The translations under genes and the position numbers were made by a program. From Camelus dromedarius (Eukaryota): a stretch of 64,000 bases of DNA. The DNA lies in the NCBI RefSeq assembly GCF_036321535.1, contig NC_087437.1:17548001-17612000 (forward strand), given 5' to 3'. The notes under the pieces were generated by a model. That model saw only the letters and a program-made list of their open reading frames with translations. It did no database searches and was not told where the DNA came from. Below are positions 26,098 through 37,689 of this stretch, one piece after another (position 1 is the stretch's first letter; each line of letters opens with the position of its first letter).

Positions 26098-26410
26098 GTC
26101 AGAGGTTGAAACTAGCAGCGCCTGGGATGAGTCAAACCACAGCTTTGTTTTGCAAAATTTACACGTTAAAGAAAGTTTGAATTGGTTACTGAGTGCAAAC
26201 TATAACATTGTGCATAAAAATCAAGACTTTCAGCTTCTCTTGAAAGGTCAGAATATTTGGCAAAGTTGGGATCTCATTCCAACATGGCAACAGTCAGCTG
26301 GAAGGACAGTGGTGGCCCCGTTTAGACAGACTGTATGTTCTTCGGATGTGTTTTCCTCACCTATATTACGTGTCTGGTCTCCGTGGGTATTCGAGTTGGC
26401 CATCACCAGT
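26098..26410. mobile_element. hAT-Charlie element (MER102-like)
   Basis: 'tttcagcttctcttgaaa', 'catggcaacagtcagctgga', 'gggtattcgagttggc'. Confidence 0.5.
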
Positions 26411-26427
26411 CTTATAACACCATTACA

Positions 26428-26536
26428 CAATGAATATATGTATGTTCATGTATAACTGAAAAATTGTGCTCTACACTGGAATTTGACACAACATTGTAAA
26501 ATGATTATAACTCAATAAAAAATGTTAAAAAAAACC
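26428..26536 (+). mobile_element. Very short young L1 3' tail
   Basis: Close match to 55010-55114 ('ctacactggaatttgacacaacattgtaaaatgattataa.tcaataaaa'). TSD CACCATTACA at 26418-26427 and 26537-26546. Confidence 0.9.
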
Positions 26537-27621
26537 CACCATTACATGTTTTGTTTACAAGTTTATGGAGTTTTAGTTTCTTAGTTGATAAAAAATGTGA
26601 GGAAAGAGGTTTATCTGTGCCTGAAGCAGTTTACTACTGTTTGTGTGCCATGCATAGTGAGAAGGAGCATTGAGACCAATAATGATGATGATGATGAAGA
26701 AGGAACTATCATCACCAGGTGGAAACATCCGGAGGTGATTACTGATGCCTAGGAATATGTTACAAATCCTCTCTATCCCTGAAAACTTAGCCCTTTAATG
26801 TAAACAAAATGTCACCTTAGTGGAGCTTTTGTGTGTTTCTAAAAAATTGGGGTGTAATAGTAAACTCCATCTGGGTGATTAATGCCGAAGTCCCTGCACA
26901 TCTTACAGAGAAGAGAAGATCACAGACACGTGTAATCCTCCGTCCTATTTCCTCAGTAAGTAAGTAACTCTAGAAACACTTAGCAAATAGCTTGGTGACC
27001 ATCTTGAACTTGAAGAAACTTCAAAAATTAAGTTGCAGTTGGACAGGAGCTTTGATTAGGAACTCTTCAAAGATGCTTTTCTTCATATCAGCATAAAGCT
27101 GTTACCTGGTTTTGCTACTAAGATTTTAAGAACTGTCTGAGCATAGTTCCATAAGGGACAAGAATTTTTATCCAGCAGACCCTGGGTCAGTGTCTTGTCT
27201 TTAAGTTTGCACTTGAGTGTTATAAAGGAGCTGAAAAGATCATTCATTGTATCACTTATGTAAAAATTAACACCAAAACTTGGGATTCCAAATCTGTATG
27301 ACTTACCAAAACTAGGAGGAGAGATGGACAATTACAGGGCACCCTTGGCTTAGGCTGGACTCTAGGGGTGTCCCTACCCTCTGCTCCCATTTGCCGGCAT
27401 CTCTGTTGCAGTGGTGAAAGGCTTGGAAGCTTCCAACCACGATGGGAATCTGAAGTGGACAAAGGGCAAGGGGTCTCCCAGGTAAGATGAGGCTTCCCAA
27501 GTGTCTTCCCTCCCATTATCTGAAGAAAAAACTAATTAATGAAAGTGAAAAAGCAGCATTTTATTAGAAGACATCTGTATTAGGAAAAACATAAAACATC
27601 TACTTGCTATAAAGTTAATGA

Positions 27622-28227
27622 CCATCTCCAGGTCCATCCATGTTGCTGCAGATGACATTATTTTATTTTTTATGGCCAAGTAGTATTCCATTGTATAAAT
27701 ATACCACAACTTCTTTATCCAGTCGTCTGTTGATGGACATTTAGGCTTTTTCCGTGTTTTGGCTATTGTGTATAGTGCTGCTATGAACATTGTGGTGCAC
27801 GTATCTTTTCAAATTAGAGCATCAGATCATCATACTAAGTGAAGTAAGCCAGAAAGAGAAAAAAAAATACCCTATGATATCACTTATTTGTGGAATCTAA
27901 AAAAAACGACACAAATGAACTTATTTAAAAAACAGAAACAGACTCATAGACAAAGAAAACAAACTTATGGTTACCAGGGGCAAAGGGAGTGGGAAAGGAT
28001 AAATTGGGAGTTTGAGATTTGCAGATACCAACTACTATATATAAAATAGGTAACAATAAGTTTTTACTGTAGAGCACAGGGAACCCTATTCATTATCTTG
28101 TAGTAACTTATGGTGAAAAAGAATATAAAAGGAATACATAAATGTACATGTATGACTGAAACATTATGCTGCACACCAGAAATTGGCACAACATTGTAAA
28201 CTGACTACACTTTAATAAAAAAAAATT
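27622..28227 (+). mobile_element. 5'-inverted (twin-primed) L1
   Basis: 27622-~27820 is antisense ORF2 end ('[23 protein letters not shown]'). ~27826-28227 is the sense continuation plus poly(A). TSD AAGTTAATGA at 27612-27621 and 28228-28237. Confidence 0.9.
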
Positions 28228-29037
28228 AAGTTAATGAGAACAATGAGTTGGTTTTCATGAACACATACATTTGAGATCAGATTCAAGATGCCCATTGTTG
28301 CTTTACAACCTCAGCATTCAGTTTCTTTGTGAATTTTGTTTGGGCTGAAAATATTGAGAAAATTCCATTCCACACAGATAAACAGTTGCAAATAGTAAAA
28401 GATTTTAAATAGCTGTTTTTGCAACTTGGAATGTGTTTCAATTAAACAGAGGTGAAAGGAGATTTTGCACACAAAAGAAACGAACACAGTAGAATGAGTT
28501 TGTGTGTCAGCAGCCTCCCAAACGTGTTAAAATTTGAGTTATTCAAAAGTGAAACCACAGTAATATCTTCACAGTTAAAACATTAAATTACAAAAAGCTG
28601 ATATTAAAATTTAGTAGTTCCCTCCCCACACCTGCTTCCTTGTCACCACATACAACTACTTTCAACTACTTCAAGCTGTTTTTTTTCCCCAGGTATTTAC
28701 CTCCGTATCTCTAAATAATCTTGTTCTACTTTTTCTTGAGTAACTTGTTTCAAATATTATCTATGATGTTATCCTTCCTCTATGGTGGCAGAGAATTTTA
28801 CCCTCTTTGTCCTCACTCTCTGTCTCCTCTGCCACATTATCACCACCCCTCCTCACTCTCTCAATAGAACAAGGCTTCATTAAAGCTTAGTGTCGACATT
28901 ATAATAACAATGTAAATATTGTCTGCTGCTGACCAGAGCGTTGACTGTGGTCTTTCTGCTACCGCTTCTATTATTCGTTGAGTTAATAACTGCTCTATTT
29001 ATTTATCTTTTCATTTGTTTAGTTTACTTTGTGACCA

Positions 29038-29420
29038 TTTGGGGTTAATGATGTTCTCCCAGATTTAAATGTTGAAGTCTTAGCCCTCAGTATCTCAGGA
29101 TGTGACCATATTTGGAGCTAGGGCTTTAAAGAGGTGATTAAGTTAAAATAAGGCCATTATGGTGGGCCCCAGTCCAGTATGACTGGTGCCCGTATAAAAG
29201 GAAGTTAGGAAATTAGGACAGAGACAGAAGGAAGATCATGTGAGGACACAATGGGAAGGTGGCCACCTGCAAGCCAAGGAGAGAGACCTCAGAAGAGACC
29301 AACCCTGCTGACACCTCAGTCTTGGATCTCTAGCCTCCAAAATCTTGAGAAAATAAATTCCTGTTTTTTAAGCCACCTCGTTGGTGGTATTTGTTATGGC
29401 AGCTCTAGCAAACTAATACA
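29038..29420 (+). mobile_element. MaLR solo LTR (MLT1B-like)
   Basis: 'tttaaagaggtgattaagttaaaat', 'ctgcaagccaaggagagag.cctcagaag', 'aataaattcctgtt', ending 'gcaaactaataca'. It lies within decayed L1ME-like sequence. Confidence 0.85.
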
Positions 29421-29903
29421 TTTGACTAATTTTTTCCAAATGGTCCAACAAACATCAATACTTTCCCCAAACTCCAAGAGTTCCAAACATTCTGTTTCCA
29501 GTCTCCACACATTCCAAACACCTTCCTCTTCCACAGACTTCCTTCAGGGATGCTTCAAGCTAATGTGGAACTTTGAGGTACTCAGCCCTTGGCCAGAATA
29601 CCTGAGTTGCTGAGCCACACATGCGCTGGATTTCAGCCCCACTGATCTGGGTGGTGTGTCCATGGGCAGCACACAGCCTGGGCGGCCACACTCAGTGCCC
29701 TTCCCGCTGTCCTCCTGCTCTCATCCGCACAACTTGTCCTTTAGGCCTTCACCGAAATCTTTGGACTTCTTTTCACCACTCTCCTTCTCTCCTTCACTTG
29801 TTTCCTGAATTCTGTGTTATCCTCTTTCTGGTTTACTCCCTCCTCTTGCTAAAGCAAACTTCCCAGTGATTTTCTAAAAATGACATACGTGAAGTCAAAT
29901 CTT

Positions 29904-30046
29904 CTTTGGAGGGGGCCTGAGGGAGGTTTGTTTGTTTATTTGTTTATTTAATGGAGGTACTAGGGATAGAACCCAGGACCTCTCGCATGCTAGGCATGCA
30001 CTCTACCACTGAGCTATACCCTCCCCAGCTGCTCCCCCGCCTCTGG
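29904..30046 (-). mobile_element. tRNA-derived SINE (vic-1-like)
   Basis: Antisense head 'ctctaccactgagctataccctcccc' ends at 30026. TSD GAAGTCAAATCTT at 29891-29903 and 30047-30059. Confidence 0.9.
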
Positions 30047-30661
30047 GAAGTCAAATCTTACATTTTGAAATATCTGAAAATGCCTTTATTGTACCCTCAC
30101 GATTGATCAAGAGTTTGGTGAAGAATCAGTAATTTGAGATTGAGGATAAGTTTTCCCTCAGAACTCTGAAGTTATTGGTTTACCGTATTCTGTCACCCAG
30201 TGTCGAAAGTTCCAGGATCTTTCTGATGATCCGATTATCTGTATTGCTACAAATGAGGAATAATTTTGAGATCCTAAGGAAAACCCACTTGGAAACAGTA
30301 CTTTGCAATTGCATCTATAAAATCATGCAAGTCAGGGATTTGACATTGTGCAATGATACATGTTACAGCACTTAGGAAACTCTGAAGTGTTAGATATGAA
30401 AAAGATTCTTACCACAATTTTGACCCTGGTTGGAGGTGTGCTTGATAATGTGGAAGACAAAGACCCCTCCAGCGATGTACAGTTCAGTTCATTTTAGGCT
30501 AGATTCAAATCTTGGACAGGGAAATCAGTTATTTTAAGGAAGCATAGAGAAATGGCTGATTTGGTGTATATCTAAGGAGGCTTCATACCGAAACAGGCTC
30601 TAACATTACTGTTGGGGGCAAAGCGCGTATTCTGTGATTACAAGGAAATTGCATGATCCAA

Positions 30662-31560
30662 AATTCATTCAACAAACATTCATGGAACACTGCCATGTGC
30701 CAGGTCTGGTGCTAGATGCTGGGAATGGAGGAGTGAGCCAGATAGACGGGTAGACTTGGCCTTTGCAGCTCTAATGTCTGCTCTGAGTAGGGGATGGACA
30801 TTAACAAATTAAATTACACTAAGCAGTTACTCACTTAAAATGAGATGAGTTTCATAACATTGTGCTGGGAGTAACGGGAGCCTCTTGGGGGTCAGACCCT
30901 AATCCAGAGGGTCATGCCAGGACTCTGGGGGAGGTGAGGTTTCTATGAGAGTGAAGAATGGGTAGGGAGAGCCATGTGAAGGACAGAGGGAGGAGGGCTC
31001 AGACAGAATAGTGTCCACTGGGCATGGAGAAAAGTGGTGTTTTAAGAACCTAAGGATATAGTGTAGTAACCTTTAATGAAACAAATATATGTATGTTCCT
31101 ATATGACTGAAGTCTTTTGCTGTACACGAGAAATTGATACAACATTGTAAACTGACTATACATCAATAAAAAAAAATATATAAACCTTTAATGAAAAAGA
31201 ATATGAAAATGAATATATGCATGTATATGCATGACTGAGACATTATGCTGTACACCAGAAACTGATATGTTGTAACTGTACTTCAGTTAAAAAGAAAAAA
31301 AGAACCTAAGGAATTTCCATGTGGCTGTACCATGCTGGATGGGAGCTGGGGAGACAAAATTGGAGGGTTCAGCAGAGCATCAACTGTGGAGGGGTTTGGT
31401 TCTGATCCAAACAACAAGTCCTTGCAAGCTTTTGTCAAGGGGAAAGATGTGATCAGATTTGCCTTTTAAAAAGACTACTTTGAAAGGGTAGGGGGAGAAC
31501 AGAAGCAGGAGACCAGCTGTCGTCATCCAGACGAGAGATGGGCTGAATTCGCATTGGTGG
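30662..31560 (-). mobile_element. L2 3' region, interrupted by nested L1 tails
   Basis: 'attcattcaacaaacatt...tgtgccagg..ctggtgctagatgctggg', 'gatcagatttgccttttaaaaaga'. Confidence 0.7.
31057..31299 (+). mobile_element. Two nested short L1 3' tails
   Basis: Outer TSD AAGAACCTAAGGA (31044-31056 / 31300-31312). Inner TSD AACCTTTAATGAAA (31068-31081 / 31183-31196). Both parts resemble 61750-61875. Confidence 0.85.
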
Positions 31561-32821
31561 GGTCAGAAAGAAGTGGGGATTCTGGAGATACTGGGAGACG
31601 AATTGACTAATATGCCATTTTGTTCTCCCAAAATAGAGTTGGGGCTGAGAGACTGCGGCATGTAGATGAGGTTAGGACGGGGATGGCAGGATGGTGACCA
31701 GGCAGGGGGAGTCCGTGGAGTCACAAGTTTCCTGCAAGCCAAGGGCCCTGGAAGTCTCCACCCAGGCAAACAGAAGAGCCAGGAACCCCTGAGGCAAAGA
31801 CCCAGAGTGGAGCAAGTTTCTGACGTCTGTAGGCAAGGGGCTGGGGACAGAGCACCAGGAAGCCAGGTAGTGGGCAAGACAGTCAGCTCCTGGTACCTGG
31901 AGACATTGAGAGGGCCTTGATGCTGCTTCGGAGTCTGACCAGCTGGGTTTGCTGAGCTCTCTGTGAGGGTGGGGGTGTCCCCAGAGGGCTGGCCTCCCAC
32001 AGAGGAAAGGTGACAGCAGGTAAGAAAGGACTCCCATCAGTTCTGCCCTCAGGATGCAGAGAAGGGTCAGTATGGCTCCTCAGAGGTGATGCAGTTCCGC
32101 CAGCGAGACAGAAAAGCGGTGTTTCCCAAATTACTGTTCTGTGCATATCATTCGAGAGAAGGGGATATCGTACGTTCCATTGCTCAGATGTGTTTGTTCA
32201 CAGAATCCTATTTTCCATGAAGCAGCTCATGGAATGGGAAGTGAATTCTCTAGAACTCACTTTAGAAAACGTGCCACTGGTGAATTACCATTCTGGAGAT
32301 GTGTATGAATTATGGAGGGACGGTGAGATACGGGGCAGCCATGCCCATCATGGGAGGTGAGAGGAGATCGCATTTTCAGCTGCGACTTGAAAGGTGTGCG
32401 GGGTCTGCTGGGTGGATAAGCAGCAGCTGAGGGGTGTTGGAGACGAGAGAGGTGCGCTCCAGGTATGCAGCGGGACGCCGTGCGACCAGCACACTTGCTG
32501 ATTACATAGGATTTGTGCGTTTCTCCATGAAGAGAATCACCGCTGTGGATGCAAAGGCTTTGGGTTCTTGCGGAAGAACATTTCTGAGGCGGGGCTGAAT
32601 GAGAAATATGGAGAGGTGAAGTTAGGATTAGTCTATGGGGCTTGGATAACTGACAACGTGGAAATTTCACACCCTGTGCACAGCAGGGGTGCGAAGGAGC
32701 AGCACCTAAGATGAAGGAGCATCTCTTCCCCCTGTTTGGGTGGGGGTGGGTGTCTTTGACTTGTTGGACGAATGGCTTATTGGCATTTCATAGAAAAAGA
32801 TTCACATGAATTTGTTCATGG

Positions 32822-34890
32822 TTTTTTTTTTTTTTAAATTGAGTTATAGTCATTTTACAATGTTATGTCAATTTCCAGTGTAGAGCACAATTTTTCAGTT
32901 ATACATGAACATACATATATTCATTGTCGCATTCTTACTCGCTGTGAGCTACCACAAGATCTTGTATATATTTCCCTGTGCTATACAGTACAATCTTGTT
33001 TATTCTACATATGCCTGTCAGTATCTACAAATTTCGAACTCCCAGTCTGTCCCTTCCCAACCCTCTTCCCCTGGCAACCACAAGTTTGTATTCTAGGTCT
33101 ATGAGTCTGTTTCTGTTTTGTATTTATGTTTTTTTTGTTTGTTTGTTTTTTTTTTAGATTCCACATATGAGCGATCTCATACGGTATTTTTCTTTCTCTT
33201 TCTGGCTTACTTCACTTAGAATGACATTCTCCAGGGACATCCATGTTGCTGCAAATGGTGTTATGTTGTCTTTTTTATGGCCGAATAGTATTCCATTGTA
33301 TAAATATACCACATCTTCTTTATCCAGTCATCTGTCAATGGATATTTAGGCTGTTTCCATGTCTTGGCTATTGTAAATAGTGCTGCTATGAACATTGGGG
33401 TGCAGGTGTCTTTCTGAAGTAGGGTTCCTTTTGGATATACGCACAGGAGCAGGATGACTGGGTCATACGGTAAGTCTATTCCTAGTCTTTTAAGGAATCT
33501 CCATACTGTTTTCCACAAAGGCTTCACCAAACTGCATTCCCACCAGCAGTGTAGGAGGGTTCCTTTTTCTCTACAGCCTCTCCAGCATTTGTTATTTGTG
33601 GATTTTTGAATGATGGCCATTCTGACTGGTGTGAGGTGATACCTCATTGTAGTTTTGATTTGCATTTCTCTCATAATTAGTGATATTGAGTATTTTTTCA
33701 TGTGTCTATTGATTATTTGTATTTCTTCCTTGGAGAATTGCTTGTTTAGGTCTTCTGCCCATTTTTGGATTGAGTTGTTTGTTTTCTTAAGTCATATGAG
33801 CTGCTTATATATTCTGGAGATCAAGCCTTTGTCGGTTTCATCTTTTGCAATAATTTTCTCTCATTCCGTAGGCTGTCGTTTTGTTTTACTTATGGTTTCC
33901 TTTCCTGTGCAAAAGCTTGTAAGTTTAATTAGGTTCCATTTGTTTATTCTTCTTTTATTCTATTGCTTGGGTAGACTGCCCTAGGAGAACATTTTTGAGA
34001 TGTATGTCAGATAATGTTTTGCCTATATTTTCTTCTAGGAGGTTTATTGTATCTTGTCTTAAGTTTAAGTCTTTGATCCATTTTGAGTTTGTTTTTGTGT
34101 ATGGTGTAAGTGAGTATTCTGGCTACACTGATTTACATGCTGCTGTCCAGTTTTCCCAACACCATTTGCTGAAGAGACTGTCTTTATTCCATTGTATAAT
34201 CTTGCCTCCTTTGTTGAAGATTAGTTAACCAAAAATTTGTGGGTTAATTTCTGGGCTCTCTATTCTGTTCCATTGGTCCATATGTCTGGTTTTGTACCAA
34301 TACCATGCTGTCTTGATTATTGTAGCTCTATAGTATTGTCTGAAGTCTGGGAGAGCTATTCCTCTAGCCTGTTACTTTTTCTTCAGTAATGCTTTGGCAA
34401 TTCTAGGTCTTTTGTGGTCCCATATAAATTTTATTATGATTTATTCTAGTTCTGTGAAATATGTCCTGGGTAATTTGACAGGGATTGCATTAAATCTGTA
34501 GATTGCCTTGGGCAGTATGACCATTTTAACGATATTGATTCTTCCAATCCAGGAGCATGGGATATCTTACCATTTTTTAAAGTCTTCTTTAATTTCCTTC
34601 ATCAATTGTTTATAGTTCTCCGTGTATCAGTCTTTTACCTCCTTGGTTAGATTTATTCCTAGGTATTTTATTGCTTTGGGTGCTATTTTAAAGGGGATTG
34701 TTTCTTTACTTTCTTTTCCTGTTGATTCATCGTTAGTGTAAAGAAATGCAACTAATTTTTGTATGTTAATCTTGTAACCTGCTACCTTGCTGAATCCTTC
34801 GATTAGCTCTAGAAGTTTTTGTGTGGATCTTTTAGGGTTTTCTATATATAGTATCATGTCATCTGCATATAGTGACACTTTTACCTCTTC
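32822..34890 (-). mobile_element. Young 5'-truncated L1 (~2.07 kb; ORF2 from RT YADD motif to 3' end, interrupted)
   Basis: ORF 34627..34878 '[15 protein letters not shown]...[13 protein letters not shown]' and ORF 33261..33701 cysteine-rich C-terminus 'KCWRGC...LLHCWWEC'. Poly(T) at 32822-32835. The reading frame is broken by stops. Confidence 0.95.
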
Positions 34891-34943
34891 AAGTTCCTTC
34901 CCTCAGCACTAAAATGATCCAAGACGCTGTTATAAAAATGAAG

Positions 34944-34962
34944 TGACCAGAAGAGGGCGCCA
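34944..34962 (+). promoter_or_regulatory. Candidate CTCF binding motif
   Basis: TGACCAGAAGAGGGCGCCA matches the CCASYAGRKGGCRS core with one mismatch. Motif evidence only. Confidence 0.5.
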
Positions 34963-36508
34963 AAGACAAAAGTATGCCGCAGTCTTCTGGAGGCATGAAT
35001 TCAACAGAATTCTGAAAATAGGACATAAAGGGGAAGGCAAGAGATCTGAAGAGGACAAGGAGGAAAAGAAGAAAGGATGAACTCACCGAGAGAGGGTTAC
35101 AGATTCATTTATCATCTTGTAGCAAAGGACGATAATTATAGAACAAAACAAAATCTACCCAATGTTCCGCTAGAGACTGTTTTAAACGATTTTAGAAAGG
35201 GACTTAACACATTTTACTCTGAAGTACAGCTTGTGTTTTGCCTCCAGACCCCTAAAGCATTGTGGGTGAAGAAGCCCTTCTCTTTGAAGACAATGTCTGT
35301 CTTTCTTCAGGCTCTAAGTAAAGATAATCCCTTCAGTTTCCACTCCTCAAAGAACAGGTCAGGAAGGGCTGAAATAGACAGAACGTTTTTTCCTGCGGTC
35401 TCATCCTGGGTTGCTTGTAGGGAAAAGATGAAATTCCATGTCAATATACTTAAATTGTCCCAAGAGCCACTTAAACAACAATACTGGCCTTTTGTTTTTC
35501 AAATGAATGAAGCCCATCCAGAGCTTCTCGGCTTTCATTTCTGTGATGCTAACATATCCACGTGCATAAACAATGCCCAGGAGTTGGAAGGGATTTCAGA
35601 GAGTCGTGTGGTTTTAAGATTCTTTGGGATTATTTAAAAAGGTTTGTTTTGGGGGGGTGGTGAAAAAATTAAACTTTTTACCTCTCCCTTCCCAATAGTT
35701 TATACTTAAGAACAGCTAAGATGCTAACCTTCATTAAAATCAATGGATTTCAAGGGATTCTGTGATCCATGACAGACTATTTGGAATTTTTATTTAATAA
35801 CACAGGAATTTACCTTGAATTAAAAAAAATCAGAAGCATAAAGTAAGTATTATTCCTTTAAGGAAATGAAGCTCTTTATGGTGCCGAATTTCCCAATGAA
35901 AGCAGAAGAATTCGGCTTATAAATAATCATCCATCAAAAAGTCCAAAAGGCCCTGAAAACCTTAGGCTGGTTGGTCTTCCTTGGACACCTAGACAACTTG
36001 AAATAGATTCACCAGAGAGTGTAAAATAATTTGTTGGACTGAGAGACTGACTGGTTTCTAGAATGAGAACTTATAATCATATAAATATATATATATATTT
36101 CTCTTTTTTTCCCCTTTTTGGTGACAGTGTCAAAAAACAAAAGTTGTGTGGTTGTGATACAGGTATTCGCTTAAGCTTAAAAAAAAACCCGCTAAGCAAT
36201 AGATTTCTGATAGTGTTTAACATTGAAAGCTGTTTCCATGGAACTAAGGAAGCAGTTTTTATCCAAGAAAGGAACCGGGCGCAGAGACAATCACCAAGAT
36301 TAGGGTAAATGGGCGCCTTGTGGGTGGAGAAGTGCTAAAAGTGGGGACCTCGTGGGATCAGTGTTTTGATGCATCTATAATAAGTGACCAGAAAGAGATG
36401 AAGGACAAAAAACTCTTCAGGTTTGCAGAGGACACCAAATGTACAGAATCCTCGCTGTGCTGAGAGTCAAATACGTGTAGGAGGGAGGAGAGGAGGCAGA
36501 ATCAAGTG

Positions 36509-36510
<2 letters not shown>

Positions 36511-36566
<56 letters not shown>
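36511..36566. repeat. (GT)28 microsatellite
   Basis: Perfect dinucleotide run of 56 nt. Confidence 0.97.
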
Positions 36567-36568
<2 letters not shown>

Positions 36569-37689
36569 AAAGCCTGTACGGCAAGGAGGGAGATCGCGGA
36601 CCAGGAGTAGACGTGCCAAGTTCAAAGTTACGAATGAGGAGGTGCGGCATGGCACGGTAAAGCCAGGGCGTGGCTGTGTGGGCTGTGTGAAGACAACTCC
36701 TCAGTTATCCTTTACTGCCAAGCAGCGAGCGGCTCAGCCTGGTTCCAGGGGGCTGAAGGTTAACCCTTTCACGTGTTCAAAGTTCTGTGTAATCCTTTTA
36801 AAACAGATTCTTTAAAAAAAAACCAAATACCCTTCTTCTGCCTTCATAGACGGGTCTGGAAAACAAAAGAATAATTTTTTTTTTCCAACTAGGTTCACAG
36901 CTGTGAGCATCTCTGAGCGCCCTGAGAAGGGATGCAACAAATACTTGCCTCACTAGCGAATGTCAAATGGGTCCCACTGTCCGCAGGAAGCAGGTGGAAC
37001 ATGACCCCCAGTCCTGGGCTGGATTGTTCCAACTATTTCATCTTTTTAAAATTTCTGTCTTGATGTTGTGTCTTCTTCTTTCTGCTCCCCTCCCTCTCTC
37101 CTTTCATGAAATATATCAAACATCCAGAGAAGAACTGAGAGTAACTTAATGAGCATTTTGGTACCCACCACTGAGATTTAACAATATTAGCATTTTGTTG
37201 TTTGTGCCAGATTATTTTTTGAATACATAAAACACTCCGTATTCCGTGGAGGACTCCTTGTAGCTTTCTCAAAACCCTCTTCTCTCCTTCCTCTCCCCTT
37301 TCCCAGAATTAACTACTTGTTTTCAAAGTTAGTGCATATGTCTTCTGTCTGGTATTAAATTTTTACTGCATTACACATGTTTGTTACAGAAAGCAATATA
37401 TGGTCGTTGGAGGGTATTTCTAAAACTTTACCTAAATGGCACAGTGTAGATTGCTTCTGTCACTCAGCATTATGCTTTGGAGTGATGTCATGGTGGTATG
37501 TTTAGACTCAGTTTGTTTATTTTAATTGCTAACTTGTATTTCATTGTTCAATATAATAAAATTAAATGAACGAGTCACCTTGGGATGGACATTTAAGTTG
37601 TTTATGATTTTCCCCACTTCTAGTTAGTGTCCTTGTATCACTCTTTGTGATTCTTTTGAGCACATATGGCTAAGAATTTTCTACTGATA

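Noticed and set aside
33261..34878. Functional reverse transcriptase gene or novel retroelement system
   Set aside because: This is ordinary LINE-1 ORF2, 5'-truncated at the YADD motif and broken into separate ORFs. It has no endonuclease, ORF1 or promoter.
35077..35637. 186-aa ORF, the longest in the track
   Set aside because: No recognisable domain or supporting gene structure. An ORF of this length is compatible with chance in 64 kb over six frames.
36423..36815. Cys/Val- or His/Thr-repeat proteins (also 5504..5836)
   Set aside because: These are translations of (GT)n microsatellites.
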